Below are positions 30,306 through 44,168 of a stretch of DNA of 64,000 bases, piece by piece. The notes beneath the pieces are model-generated. The model worked only from the letters and a program-made list of their open reading frames with translations, ran no database searches and was not told the DNA's origin. Numbering within the stretch: position 1 is the stretch's first letter; each line of letters starts with the position of its first letter. The stretch comes from an uncultured Holophagales bacterium. GTDB lineage: Bacteria; Acidobacteriota; Thermoanaerobaculia; Multivoradales; UBA5704. The stretch lies in the NCBI GenBank assembly GCA_963842525.1, contig CAWJGT010000003.1, positions 192,001 to 256,000 of the forward strand, given 5' to 3'. A program made the position numbers and the translations under genes.

Positions 30306-31411
30306 GCCCCGAACGGGTCTTCGAGATGGTGCGCAAGGAGCTGCGCCAGGTCTTCCGCGACCCGCGGCTGAAACGGGTGATCTTCGTCGCCCCGATCGTG
30401 CAGCTCCTCGTCTTCGGCTATGCCGTCTCGACCGACGTCCGCAACACCTCGACCCTGGTGGTGGACGGCGACCGGACGCGCGCCTCGCGCGAGCTGGTGG
30501 ACGCCTTCACCGCCTCCGGCTATTTCCGCATCGTGGGGATCTCCGAGCGGCCCGCCGACCTCCTGCGCGCCCTTGACCATGGCGACGCCGCGCTGGGCGT
30601 GGTGATCCCCCCGGGGTTCTCGCGTGATCTATCCGAAAGCCGGGCGCAGGTGCAGCTCCTCTTCGACGGCACCAACTCCAACCTCGCCACGGTGGCCCGC
30701 GGCTATGCCGAGCGGATCGTCCAGAGCTATGGAGCGAGCCGCGCGCCGAGCCCGATATCGGATCAATTGTCTCCGGCTGTGGACCTGCGGTCGCGGGCCT
30801 GGTTCAACCCCGAGCTCGCGAGCCGCACGTACAACGTGCCGGCGGTGATCGGGGCCCTGCTCCTGCTCCTCTGCCTGCTCCTGACCTCGCTGGCGGTGGT
30901 ACGCGAGCGCGAGATCGGCACCCTGGAGCAGCTCCTGGTGAGCCCGCTGGAACCGGGCGAGCTGATCCTCGGCAAGAGCCTCCCCTTCGCCCTGATCGGC
31001 CTCGTCGACCTGGGGCTGGTCACCGCCGTCGCCATCTTCTGGTTCCGCGTGCCCTTGCGCGGCAGCCTGCTCCTGCTGCTGGCGGCGAGCGTCCTGTTCA
31101 TCCTTTCAGCGCTGGGCCTGGGCCTGCTGATCTCCAGCATCTCCAACACCCAGCAGGAAGCCTTCATGGCCGCCTTCCTGGTCTTCCTGCCCGCCATGCT
31201 GCTGTCCGGCTTCATGTTCCCGGTCGGCAGCATGCCGCCGGTCTTCCAGACCATGACCCTGCTGAACCCGCTGCGCCACTACCTGGAGATCGTGCGAGCC
31301 CTCTTCCTCAAGGGCGCCGGTCTCGAGGCGCTCTGGCACCAGTACCTGGCGCTCCTCGCCATGGGCACCGGTCTTCTCTGGTTGGCGGCGCGGCGGTTCC
31401 GGAGCGCGTGA
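30302..31411 (+). CDS. ABC-2 permease (YbhR-like)
   Basis: [23 protein letters not shown] and LSGFMFP. Confidence 0.92.
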   Translation: MSPERVFEMVRKELRQVFRDPRLKRVIFVAPIVQLLVFGYAVSTDVRNTSTLVVDGDRTRASRELVDAFTASGYFRIVGISERPADLLRALDHGDAALGVVIPPGFSRDLSESRAQVQLLFDGTNSNLATVARGYAERIVQSYGASRAPSPISDQLSPAVDLRSRAWFNPELASRTYNVPAVIGALLLLLCLLLTSLAVVREREIGTLEQLLVSPLEPGELILGKSLPFALIGLVDLGLVTAVAIFWFRVPLRGSLLLLLAASVLFILSALGLGLLISSISNTQQEAFMAAFLVFLPAMLLSGFMFPVGSMPPVFQTMTLLNPLRHYLEIVRALFLKGAGLEALWHQYLALLAMGTGLLWLAARRFRSA

Positions 31412-31446
31412 AGGGGCTGGCTCCGGGACCGGCCGGCAGCGCCAGC

Positions 31447-31614
31447 TCAGTTGAAGGCCAGCATCTCGCCGACACTGATGATCGAAATCAAGGGCGTCTG
31501 GGAGCGACTGTGCAAGCCGAAACGTGCCTCAACCGACCTCCCAATCGGGTTGCCTCGGATGAGGTGGACGAGGATGGTGGTGTCGAGGAGAAGAAGGTCC
31601 GAGTGCCCGATCAC
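31447..31614 (-). pseudogene. vapC: Truncated PIN-domain (VapC-like) toxin, 55 aa
   Basis: The GTG overlaps the antitoxin stop. It encodes the PIN N-terminal motifs LLLDTTILVHLIR...ISIISVGEM and then stops. Confidence 0.65.
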
Positions 31615-31937
31615 GAGAGCTTTTCGAGGGCCGCAAGGATCTCTTCCTCGCTCTCGTCCCCCGGCCAACGGCCCATGATGGCGTTGATGCCGGAGCTTGG
31701 AGTCTGAGGCCGATACAGGGCTCGGCGGTCGAGCTTTCGGAAGGAGGATAGGTAGGAACCCGTAGGCTCATCGGGAGGAGCTTCTCCGGATTCGTCCCCG
31801 TTCCTCCGGGCATGCCGCCGCAGCAGGGGCTCGACACCGCTGTGGATCAGATCGGGAACGGAGCGGCCCTCCTCGCGGGCGGTCTCTTCCAGAGCCTTCA
31901 TTTCTTCGTCCGTCAGCTTGACATGCGCGATCGCCAT
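31611..31937 (-). CDS. Ribbon-helix-helix/CopG-like antitoxin
   Basis: MAIAHVKLTDEEMKALEETAREEGRSVPDLI, acidic tail WPGDESEEEILAALEKLS, and a GGAGG RBS. Confidence 0.7.
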   Translation of the reverse strand: MAIAHVKLTDEEMKALEETAREEGRSVPDLIHSGVEPLLRRHARRNGDESGEAPPDEPTGSYLSSFRKLDRRALYRPQTPSSGINAIMGRWPGDESEEEILAALEKLS

Positions 31938-32264
31938 GGCGCCTCCCTTGGGACCTCATCCAACTCCATCAAAATCATAGCACGTCTTCGTGCGGCATTG
32001 TTTCCTCTTCAGACACCTTCCGGCTCCCTGCCGACCCGGCTTCACGGGGAACGAACACTCCATACTCTTTGTGGAAGACGTACTTGCCGCTGCGGAGCCC
32101 TCTGTATCTCCTCCTCCGAAGCCGGCGGGTTCAGGCTGGCGGACGTGGAGGCTCGGGTGAAGGCGAAAAGCTTGGCGCAGCGCCAAAGACCGTGGCGCTG
32201 GCTCTCCGTCACTGCCTTTGCCGCTCCGCCATGTACGGAGCGCCGGAGGTTTGAGCTGCCGCAA

Positions 32265-32400
32265 TCCCGCGCGCTTCCTCGGCCTCGCCGACCTGGGCAC
32301 GATCGAGCCCGGCAAGAAGGCGACCTCGTCCTCCTCGACGCCGACCCCCTGGCCGACATGGCGGACGTGGAGGCCCGGGTGAAGGCGTCGGCCGGGGGGT
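32265..32400 (+). pseudogene. C-terminal fragment of an amidohydrolase
   Basis: ARFLGLADLGTIEPGK(K)-/-GDLVLLDADPLADM, the typical amidohydrolase C-terminal signature, split by a frameshift. Confidence 0.55.
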
Positions 32401-32449
32401 TGACGGAACAGCGCAGACGGCCTATCCGGAATACCTCCCGGCGGTCTTC

Positions 32450-33755
32450 TTACCTCTCCACGTATCCTTCCTGCACCCGCACCTTGGCCCCTTCGGCGCC
32501 CCGGACGCGGAGCTCGATGCGGTGCCAGGTGCCGCGGCCGTTGTGGATGGAGGGGTAGTAGCCGAGGACGTACTGGTCCCGCAGCTCCTGGAGGATGCGG
32601 ACCAGGGCTCCCTGGACGTCTTCGATGCGGGCGATGGGCTCGATGCGCCCGCCGCTTTCGAGGACGGTGCTGCGCAGCTCGTCCATCTCTTTGCGGTGCC
32701 CTTCGGCGTCGCGCCAGGCGGAGTAGAGGAGCTGGAGGGGGGCCTCTTTCTCCGGGCTTTCTTCCTCGCGGGGGACGCGCAGCCAGTAGACCACGGCCTG
32801 GCTCTGGCGGGCGACGACCCGCACGCGCTCCATGGAGAGCACGCTTTCGACGTCCACGCCGTCGGAGAGGAGGACGACGACTTTGCGGCCGAGCTTGCCT
32901 TCGAGGCGCTTGATCCCCAGGTAGAGGGCGTCGTTGAGCGCCGTGCCGCCCTCGCGCCTCGACCTCGCCCAGGCCGAGGGTGAGGATCGACGGGATGTTC
33001 GTGAACGGGGTCTCGAGCAGGATGTGGTCGGAGAAGAGGACGAGCTTCGCCTCGTCGAGCCGGCTCATGGAGCGGACGAAGGAGCGGGCGCCGTCGAGCG
33101 CCCTCTGGAGCCGCTCGCCGCGCATGCTGGTGCTGGCGTCCAGGAGGAGGGTGGCATTGAAGGGGATGTCCCCGCGCTCGAAGGTGATCATCTTCTGCTC
33201 GACGCCCTCGTCCAGGATGGTGAAGTCGTCGCGCGTGAGGCCGGCCACGGGCCGGCTGCCGGCGTCGATGTTCACGAAGAGCTGCTGGAGATGGACGTCG
33301 ATCTCTTCGTCGACCTGGAGCGGCGCCGCGGTCAGGCTGGCCGAGGTGCTGGCGCCGGCCGCGTCGAAGGCCACGACCTCGATGTGGTGCTCGGCGTTCT
33401 CCTGGCCGGCGTCGACGACGATCCGCCAGGGCGGCTTTTCGAGGACTCCAACCCGCACGCGGTCGAAGTAGACCTCGACCCGCTGGGCCCGCCCGCCGCG
33501 GACGGCGGCCACGATCTCGACCTGGCCGAAGAGGGGCTGGCCGGGCGGCGGGCTGACGATCGACACCTCCAGGGCCGCGTGGGCGGGTGCGGCGAGGAGG
33601 AGAAGCAGGAGGACGAGGCCCCTCACCCCCGGCCCCTCTCCCATCCGCACTCCCGACCGCCGGGAGAGGGGAGCGAAGAGCCTTCCTTTTCCCCCCTCTC
33701 CCGGGGGAAGGGTGTGAGGATGGGAGAGGGGGGCCAGGGGGGTGAGGGTCCTCAC
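32450..33755 (-). CDS. Ig-like + Acidobacterial VWA-domain protein (frameshift near 32955)
   Basis: LLLDASTSM (MIDAS), GGTALNDA after the frameshift, LLSDGVD and QYVLGYYP. Confidence 0.82.
33616..33752. repeat. Dispersed palindromic repeat overlapping the 5' end of the VWA gene
   Basis: ggcccctcacccccggcccctctcccatccgcactccc...gggagagggggccaggggggtgaggg. Confidence 0.85.
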
Positions 33756-35915
33756 GAGCCGCTCCTCGCCGCGCTGCTTCCCAGCGCGACGGCCAAAGCG
33801 GGCAGGTGCTCCGGCACGCTCTCTTCGAGCTCCTTCCGGGTCTGGTCCAGCAGGTCGAAGGGCGGCTGGTTGTAGCGGTGGCGGGCCGCCTCGCTGGAGT
33901 CACCGGGTTGGGTCGAGCTTCCCGGCTTGAAGCGGGCGAGGGCCTGGCGGGCCCGGGTGGGATCGCCGCGCAGGTCGTAGAGTTGGGCGAGTTGGAGAAT
34001 GAGCTTCTCGTCCCCGGGGAGCCGCTTCTGGCTGTCGAGCAGGAGCTTTTCGGCCTCGTCGAGCTGGCCGGCCGCGATCCTTGCGCGCGCCAGCTCATGG
34101 CAGGCCAGGGCGAGCACCCAGGGCTCCGGCTCGGGCGCCTGGACGAGGCCGGCCAGGAGCCGGTCGGCGTCGCGGCCCTTGCCGAGCCGCCGCAGGTTCA
34201 CGGCCAGGCGCAGCCGCGCTTCGCCGTGCTCGGGGTCGGCCTGCAGCAGCTTCTGCAGGTGATCGACCGCCTCGGGATAGCGCCCGGTACGCTCGGCCTC
34301 GACGGCGAGGCAGAGCAGGGCGACGGCATTGGCCTCGTCGAAGGCCAGGATCTGCCGCAGGGTCCGGTTTTTGATGCCGGGCGGCGCGGTGGCGATCAGG
34401 TCGGCGGCGAGAGCGAGCAGGAGGCGCGCCGCGGTCTTCCGGCCGGCCGGGTCGCCGCTCCGTTCGGCGTAGAGCTCGATCAACCGGAAGGTCAGCTCGC
34501 GCGCGTGGGTGGAGAGGAGGCGGTCCCGGCGCGCCTGCGCCTCCCGGTAGAGGGCCTCGTGCAGCAGGATCACGGGGATCAGGCTGCGCGGACCGGCCGC
34601 GGTGAGGTCCCTCGCCACCTCCAGCTCGACCTCGGCCAGGTCCTCGGAGCCGGAGCCGCCGCGCGCCAGCGGGCCTTCGAGCTCGGCCACGGCTCGCCGG
34701 GCCGCGGGGCCGTCTCCGGCCGCGAGGAGCTGGAGGGCCTGGCGATAGGCGCCGCGCACGGGCTCGGCCTTGAATCGGGGCTGGCGTTTGCGCGGGGCCT
34801 CGGCCCCTCCGGACCCCTGGCGCCCCGCGGCCGGCGCCGCTGCAGCGCGGGGGCTGCCGCCGAGGAGCTGAGCCCAGACCTTGCCGCCTCCGCCATCGGT
34901 GAGCAGGACGAACGGCGCCGCGTAGGAAAGGGTGTCCGACGGCGCGGCAAAGGCGAGGCCCTGGACTTTGGGGAGGACGGCACGGATCACGTACCGCCCC
35001 GCCTCGATCCCCGTGGGGACGAAGGTGGCGGTCAGCCGCTCCACCCCGGCGTTCCCCTGCCGCGCCTGCCGCTCCTCGATCCGGGCGGGGAGCTGGATGA
35101 CACGGGCGCCGTCAGGCCGGAGGATCTCTACCTCCAGCTCCCGGAGCTGGCCCACACCGTAGGCCCGCAGCTCGAAACTTGCCTCCTGGCCGATGCCGAG
35201 GACCGGCTGGGCCGCGGGGAGGCCGCCGCCGGCGAGCGCCGCGGGCGAGCCCGGCTCCGGCCGCGCGGCAGACCGGGCCTCCACCCAGGCATCCGGCGCC
35301 GGGTTCGGAAAGACCGGAGGCAGGAGGAGCGCGCTCAGCCCCTGCGGCCGCTCGGGCACGGAGAGGGGAAGGATGCGCAGGCCCACCTCGCCGGTCAGGC
35401 TGTTGCGCACCAGGGCCCGCAGCGAATACTCGCCGGCCGGCAGGTCCAGGTCGGCCAGGTACCGGACGCCGCTGCGGGCGACCTCGTCGCCGCGGCGGGC
35501 GAGGTCGACCTCCACGGTCTCCAGGAGCGATCCCTGGACGCTGTCGTTGTCGGAGAGGGCGTAGAGGCAGACCTCGAAGCGCAGCAGGTCGCCGGTCTGC
35601 CCTTCGAGCAGGGAGGTGCCGTCGATCTCGAGGAGGATCGCGACGCGGGCACGCCTGGGATTGCCGGCGTCTCCGGGAAAGGGGAGGGCGAGGACGGCCA
35701 CGTGGATGCTGCCGCCTCGCTGGCCGCTGACCAGGAGGGCGGCGCTCTCGACGCGCAGGCCGCCGGTGGGGAGGACGCGGACCGGCGGGGTTTCCGGTAT
35801 TGGCAATTCTGGCGCCGCTGCCGGCTCGGACGGGGGCGTCTGTGCCGCCGCGTTGCCGCTCGCGAGGAGGACCAGGAGGAGGGCGGCCGGAACGCGGGCC
35901 AGGCTGAATCGGAAC
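33752..35915 (-). CDS. Secreted TPR-containing protein (start approximate)
   Basis: Signal-like ARVPAALLLVLLASGNAAA, beta-rich domains like those of Acidobacterial VWA partners, and C-terminal TPRs. Confidence 0.75.
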
Positions 35916-35990
35916 ACCGGCGCTGATGGTAGCACTCCGGATTGGCCCAATGCCTGGTAAAATAGCGGGCTGTCTGGAAAGGAGCGCAGC

Positions 35991-37943
35991 ATGAATCGAC
36001 GGGCTCTCTCGATCGGTGTCCTGGTTTTCCTCTCATTCACAGCCGTGTCCCGGGCCGCGGATCCGGAAGAAGCCCGGCCGCTCCTGCGGTTCGTCGAGGG
36101 ACGGATCTGGAAGTCGGCCGACCTGCCCGGGACGGTCGCCGAGCGGGCGGTGAGCCTCGACCCCGGGGCGCTTCATGCTTCCCGGATGAGCCTGCCGTTG
36201 CTGGACGGCCAGACCTACGAGCTGGTGCGGACCGGCCTCGAGCAGCGGAGCGCGGGCGATTTCGCCTGGCGCGGCCAAGTGCTCGACCCGAGCGGAGCGG
36301 AGGAGCCCTTCGGCAGCGTCACGCTGACGATGAAGAACGGCGCGGTCCTCGGGCGGGTCTCGGTCCCCGGCGCCTCGTACCAGATCGCGCCGGCCGCCGG
36401 CGGCGGCTACCGTCTGGTCGAAGTCGACGATACCCAGCTCGATCCCTGCGCGGTGCACAGCTTCGGCGGCGGCTTCGCGCACGAGGTGAGCGAGATGGCC
36501 ACGGCGGTCCAGGTGCCGCTCCGCCCCGAGTTCGCGAAGCCACCCAAGGTCCCGCCGACGACGAACCTGCGGCTGCTGATCCTCTACACCGACCGCGGGG
36601 CGCAGCAGATCGGCGGCCTCAGCGAGCTCGAGAGATGGATCCGGAGCGACGTGGACCTGGGCAACGCCTCCTTCACGAACAGCCGCATCCCGGTCCAGGT
36701 CGAGCTCGTGGGGATGGTGAGGCTCAACTACATGGAGACCGGCGATCCCTATACCGACCTGACCTTCCTCCGGATGTCCAACGACGTCGACCATCTGCGC
36801 CGCGAGCACGGCGTCACCCACGTCATCCTGATCGTGGGACAGATGGACTTCGCCTGCGGCATCGGGGACCTCATGCGCAAGGACAAGTACCTGGACAACA
36901 GCCGGCCGTTCCAGGGCAGCGCTGTGATCCGGGCGAGCTGCCTCGGCGGTTTCACGCTGATCCATGAGATCGGGCACACGCTCGCCGCCGAGCACGACCC
37001 GGCTTCGGGCTCGCCGGTCCAGATCGCGCTCTTCCCCCATGCGTACGGCCATATCGTCGAGGACAACTTCCGCACCGTCATGGCCTATCCGAACTGCTTC
37101 AACTGCCCGACGGCGCCGCACTTCTCGAATCCGGCGGTCCGGTTCGACGGCGTTCCGACCGGCATTGCCGGCAAGCGGGACAACAGCAGGGTCATCGGCG
37201 TTACGCGGGCGAAGTTCACCGGGCCGCCGGACGAGGGCTGCGTGCCCGGCCCCATCACCATGTGCCTGGGCGAGGGCCGGTTCAAGGCCGAGGTCGAGTT
37301 CCTGGATCCGCACGTCTTCAAGCTCGGCTTTGCCAAGGTCCTGAACGGCACGGACACGACGGGCTACTTCGGCTTTGGCGATGCCGCCAGCCCTGCCGTC
37401 GCGCTCCGGGTGGCTCCCGACGGCAACCGCGTGCAGGTCGCGTATGGCCAGCTCACCGACTTCCCGTTCGAGCTCACCATCTCCGACCTGCAGACCGGCG
37501 GCGTGAGCCAGTACTACGATACGCAGAACGCCTGCGGCGGCTCGGATCAGAACGCCTTCGGCGGCCCGATGTTGGTGTCGGCGGCGGCGGTGACCGGCGA
37601 GGCCAAGGCTAAACCCGCTGCCTGCCCCACCACGGCGGAAACGCTCTGTCTCCACGGCCGCTTCCAGGTGACGGTGGATTGGAGGAATTCCACCGGCGAG
37701 GGGCGGGCCAACGTCTCGACGGTCTCCCGCCTGGCGGGCTCTTTCGACTTCGGCGACGGCGGGGACCCCGAGCTGGTGGTGAAGATCAGCCCCGTCGGTA
37801 AGAAGAATTTCGGCGTCTACTACGGTGCACTGAGCAACCAGCAGTACACCCTCACCATCACCGACATCCGTACCAGGGCGGTGAAGACCTACGAGAACCC
37901 CGCCGGCAACCACTGCGGCGGCAACGAGATTCCGGCTTTCTAG
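35991..37943 (+). CDS. Secreted metzincin (reprolysin/M12-like) metalloprotease with two C-terminal Cys-containing repeat domains
   Basis: HEIGHTLAAEHD, Met-turn RTVMAY and a signal peptide; repeats CLGEGRFKAEV and CLHGRFQVTV. Confidence 0.87.
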   Translation: MNRRALSIGVLVFLSFTAVSRAADPEEARPLLRFVEGRIWKSADLPGTVAERAVSLDPGALHASRMSLPLLDGQTYELVRTGLEQRSAGDFAWRGQVLDPSGAEEPFGSVTLTMKNGAVLGRVSVPGASYQIAPAAGGGYRLVEVDDTQLDPCAVHSFGGGFAHEVSEMATAVQVPLRPEFAKPPKVPPTTNLRLLILYTDRGAQQIGGLSELERWIRSDVDLGNASFTNSRIPVQVELVGMVRLNYMETGDPYTDLTFLRMSNDVDHLRREHGVTHVILIVGQMDFACGIGDLMRKDKYLDNSRPFQGSAVIRASCLGGFTLIHEIGHTLAAEHDPASGSPVQIALFPHAYGHIVEDNFRTVMAYPNCFNCPTAPHFSNPAVRFDGVPTGIAGKRDNSRVIGVTRAKFTGPPDEGCVPGPITMCLGEGRFKAEVEFLDPHVFKLGFAKVLNGTDTTGYFGFGDAASPAVALRVAPDGNRVQVAYGQLTDFPFELTISDLQTGGVSQYYDTQNACGGSDQNAFGGPMLVSAAAVTGEAKAKPAACPTTAETLCLHGRFQVTVDWRNSTGEGRANVSTVSRLAGSFDFGDGGDPELVVKISPVGKKNFGVYYGALSNQQYTLTITDIRTRAVKTYENPAGNHCGGNEIPAF

Positions 37944-37955
37944 GGGCAGGGACTC

Positions 37956-37980
37956 GGGCGCCTCCGGAGCGAGGCGCCCC
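37956..37980. terminator. Hairpin between convergent genes
   Basis: gggcgcctc-cggagc-gaggcgccc. Confidence 0.45.
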
Positions 37981-38005
37981 TTGGGGTTGGCGTTCCAGGT
38001 GTCCC

Positions 38006-39778
38006 CTACTGCCTCGCCTCCCCCGAGGGTGCCTGGCCAGGGGTGTAGATGCCGGTGACCGCCGAGTCCACATTGCCGAGCTCGTCGCGGACGGCCACGG
38101 CGATGCGGTGCTCCTCGGGACGGAGGAGGAGGGGCATCTTGTAGCCGGCGGTCTGGCCGAGGGCGGTCAGGATCTGGTCGTTCGGGACCCGGATGGGGAT
38201 GGCGATCTCCTGGACCGGCGAGCTGCGGCCCTTGCGGTCCCGCGCGCTCACGAAGACCGAGACCTTTCCTTCATGGTAGGCCCCCTGCGGCAGGAGGACC
38301 AGCTTCGCCAGCGGGAACTTGACCAGCATCTCCACCTGCATCTGCCCCTTCTTGTCCTTCGTCTCGCGCACCAGCTCGAGCTCCACCTCCAGCGGGTTCT
38401 TCCCCGGGTCGAGCAGCAGCGCGGCGAGCGTCCGGTCGGTCATGCGGTCCCGGCTGGTCCGTTCCCGCCGGCCGTCGCGGTGGCGCACCACCAGGTCGCG
38501 GTGGTTGCGCATGCCGACCTCGATCTTCCGGTTCCTGCCGTCCTTCCGGGCCTGCGGGACATAGCCCAGCGAGTAGTAGGAGTCGAAGTCGTCGCGCATA
38601 CGCGCCAGGATCGGGCCCGGGTTGATGGCGTCCACGGAAGACAGGCCGCCGGTGCCGTCGGCCAGCCGCTGCAGCGATGTGGTCAGGTCGAAGGATTCGT
38701 TCCTCTCGAGCTCCACGTTCCAGGCGAACATTCCGCCGGATTCGGCCGAGAGCCCGGCCAGCTCCTCGGTGGCGCCCAGGGTGTAGATGGTGACCCGGTT
38801 GCCGTTGGCGTGCTCGACCATCTGGCCGAAGAACCGGGTCAGGTCGTTCTGGAAGCTGTCGAGCGGCGAGGCGCCGGCCTGCCGGCTGACCTCGGGGAAC
38901 TTGTTCTGGTAGGCCTGGAAGAACGTTTCTCCCGGCCGCTGCGACAGGCCGCCGCCCACGTAGAGGAGGGCCTTGCGGCCGGGCAGGCCGGCCAGGGCAT
39001 CGGTGAAGCGGGTCAGGGCTTCCAGGGTGGCCCGCGTCTCGTTGTAGCGCTGCTGGGCGTAGAGGCGGATCCCCGCGTAGAGGCTCTCGGCGACCTTGAC
39101 GGAAGCATCCGACCCGTTGTCGGCGCCGCCGGACCCCGCGCCGGCGCTCTCGATGTCCAGGAGGAGCCGCCGCTTGTCCATGGCCCGCTCGACGCCGCGC
39201 GGCGCCCCCTTGGCCACCTCGTCGAGGGCCGCGAGCAGCGCTGCCCGGTCGTCCGTGAGCTCCTGCACCAGGTCGACGTTCGAGCCTTCGTAGGTCCCGA
39301 CCAGGGCGAGGTCGCCCGGCCGCAGCCGCGGGATCACTTCCTCGCGCAACGACTTGAGGAGCCGGTTGCGCGCCGGCGCCGTGAGGCTCAGGTTGTCGAA
39401 GAGCAGGGCCAGGTGGAGCCGCTGCTCGTCCTCGATCGGGGCCGGGGGCGCGGCTGGCGCTTGGGTCGGACCGATCGTTCCGATCGGGCCGGTCGGTCCG
39501 GCCACCGCGGGAGCGGCGGCCTCTCTGGCGACGGCGAAGAAGTTGGTGACCTCCACCGGCTTGCCGTTCTCGAGGACCTCGAAGTCGTTCTGGGTCAGGC
39601 CGGTGACGCGGTTCCCCTGCCGGTCGGTGACGAAGACCTCCAGGTTGACAACCTCGACGTCGATCGATTCGTAGAAGGTCTCGGGCCCGGTCGTCTCCGG
39701 CTCCTGGGCGCCGGCGCCGAAGGACACCAGGAAGGGGAAGAGGACGAGAATCAGGAGAGAGAACGGTTTGCACGGCAT
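38006..39778 (-). CDS. Acidobacterial VWA-domain protein
   Basis: Signal peptide, EVVNLEVFVTDRQGNRVTGLTQNDF, LPGRKALLY, LADGTGG and YYSLGY. Confidence 0.88.
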   Translation of the reverse strand: MPCKPFSLLILVLFPFLVSFGAGAQEPETTGPETFYESIDVEVVNLEVFVTDRQGNRVTGLTQNDFEVLENGKPVEVTNFFAVAREAAAPAVAGPTGPIGTIGPTQAPAAPPAPIEDEQRLHLALLFDNLSLTAPARNRLLKSLREEVIPRLRPGDLALVGTYEGSNVDLVQELTDDRAALLAALDEVAKGAPRGVERAMDKRRLLLDIESAGAGSGGADNGSDASVKVAESLYAGIRLYAQQRYNETRATLEALTRFTDALAGLPGRKALLYVGGGLSQRPGETFFQAYQNKFPEVSRQAGASPLDSFQNDLTRFFGQMVEHANGNRVTIYTLGATEELAGLSAESGGMFAWNVELERNESFDLTTSLQRLADGTGGLSSVDAINPGPILARMRDDFDSYYSLGYVPQARKDGRNRKIEVGMRNHRDLVVRHRDGRRERTSRDRMTDRTLAALLLDPGKNPLEVELELVRETKDKKGQMQVEMLVKFPLAKLVLLPQGAYHEGKVSVFVSARDRKGRSSPVQEIAIPIRVPNDQILTALGQTAGYKMPLLLRPEEHRIAVAVRDELGNVDSAVTGIYTPGQAPSGEARQ

Positions 39779-39955
39779 GATCGCGGCTCCCGGGATAAGA
39801 GTCATGGTAGCAGAAGCCCCCGCGGGGCGGCGGCCTGGTTCTGCTATAGTTCGGGCAAGGGTTTGCCAAGGTCGCCATATGCGCCTGCCGGAGCAGGCTG
39901 AGACACTCAGCGCCACCATGACGAGAGGCCTCCGCGGCTGCTCGGAGAGTCCCGG

Positions 39956-43448
<3,493 letters not shown>

Positions 43449-43624
43449 GGCCTCCCTCCAGCGCTCCCGGCCCAACCCTCTGCTATGCTTGTGTCTTCAA
43501 CAGAAGCAGTGTGTCGAGCCGCCTTCCGCAGGCGGGGGCGGACACAACCGGAGGGTGCCGGCAGGAAGAATATGTGCCGGCTGGCCTATCAGACCCGGGG
43601 GACCTCCCCCGCGCGAGGTGAGAC

Positions 43625-44140
43625 ATGGCTTTCAAGCTCAAGGACCTGATGATCAACCTCATTCCGCCGGGCGTCGGCAAGGGCAAGGAGGGCTGCCTGG
43701 AGGCCTCGGCGCCCGGCCAGTTCTGTGGCACTGCCTCGGCGGGCGCCGGGTTCTGCGGCACGGCTTCCGCGGGTGCCGCAGGCTTCTGCGGAACTGCCTC
43801 GGCGGGAGCCGGATTCTGCGGCACAGCCTCGGCGGGCGCGGGGTTCTGCGGTACGGCGTCGGCGGGGGCAGCGTTCTGCGGGACAGCCTCGGCGGGGGTG
43901 CAGTTCTGCGGCACGGCGTCGGCAGGCGCGGCGGCGGATCCGCGGGCTGCCCTGGAGGGCCTGGTCCTGCTCAAGCAGCAGCTCCTCCAGGCGCTGGCGC
44001 AGGTCGAGGAGCAGGAGAATGCGCTGGAGGCCGCTTGCCGCCCGCAGTCGCTGGAGGAGGCCGAGGAGCTCGAACGCCACCTGCGCGACGCTCTCGAGGA
44101 GCTCGAGCAGCACAAGCGGGAGCTCCGAAAGCCGAAATAG
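43625..44140 (+). CDS. Putative RiPP precursor A (leader, 7x FCGTASAG core, helical follower)
   Basis: GAGGTG RBS, MAFKLKDL leader, repeats with synonymous codon variation, and C-terminal GLVLLKQQLLQAL... Confidence 0.85.
   Translation: MAFKLKDLMINLIPPGVGKGKEGCLEASAPGQFCGTASAGAGFCGTASAGAAGFCGTASAGAGFCGTASAGAGFCGTASAGAAFCGTASAGVQFCGTASAGAAADPRAALEGLVLLKQQLLQALAQVEEQENALEAACRPQSLEEAEELERHLRDALEELEQHKRELRKPK
43721..43927 (+). repeat. Coding tandem repeat, 7 units of 30-33 bp encoding FCGTASAG
   Basis: ttctg(t/c)gg(n)ac(n)gc(n)tc(n)gc(n)gg(n), seven times, with third-position variation. Confidence 0.95.
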
Positions 44141-44168
44141 AACGGCCCGGCCTGCCACCATAGATGAG

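Noticed and set aside
24647-31411. TolC/HlyD/ABC operon as the dedicated RiPP exporter
   Set aside because: It is an ordinary YbhGFSR-like system with no peptidase domain, 8.5 kb away with unrelated genes in between. There is no evidence of linkage.
43721-43927. The 30-bp repeat as a CRISPR array or assembly artefact
   Set aside because: There are no unique spacers and no cas genes, and the variation is synonymous, so it is a coding repeat.
43725-44168. N-terminal extension of kinase 2 in the ORF track
   Set aside because: It overlaps precursor A in another frame. The TTG at 44169 matches the TTG starts of the paralogous kinases.
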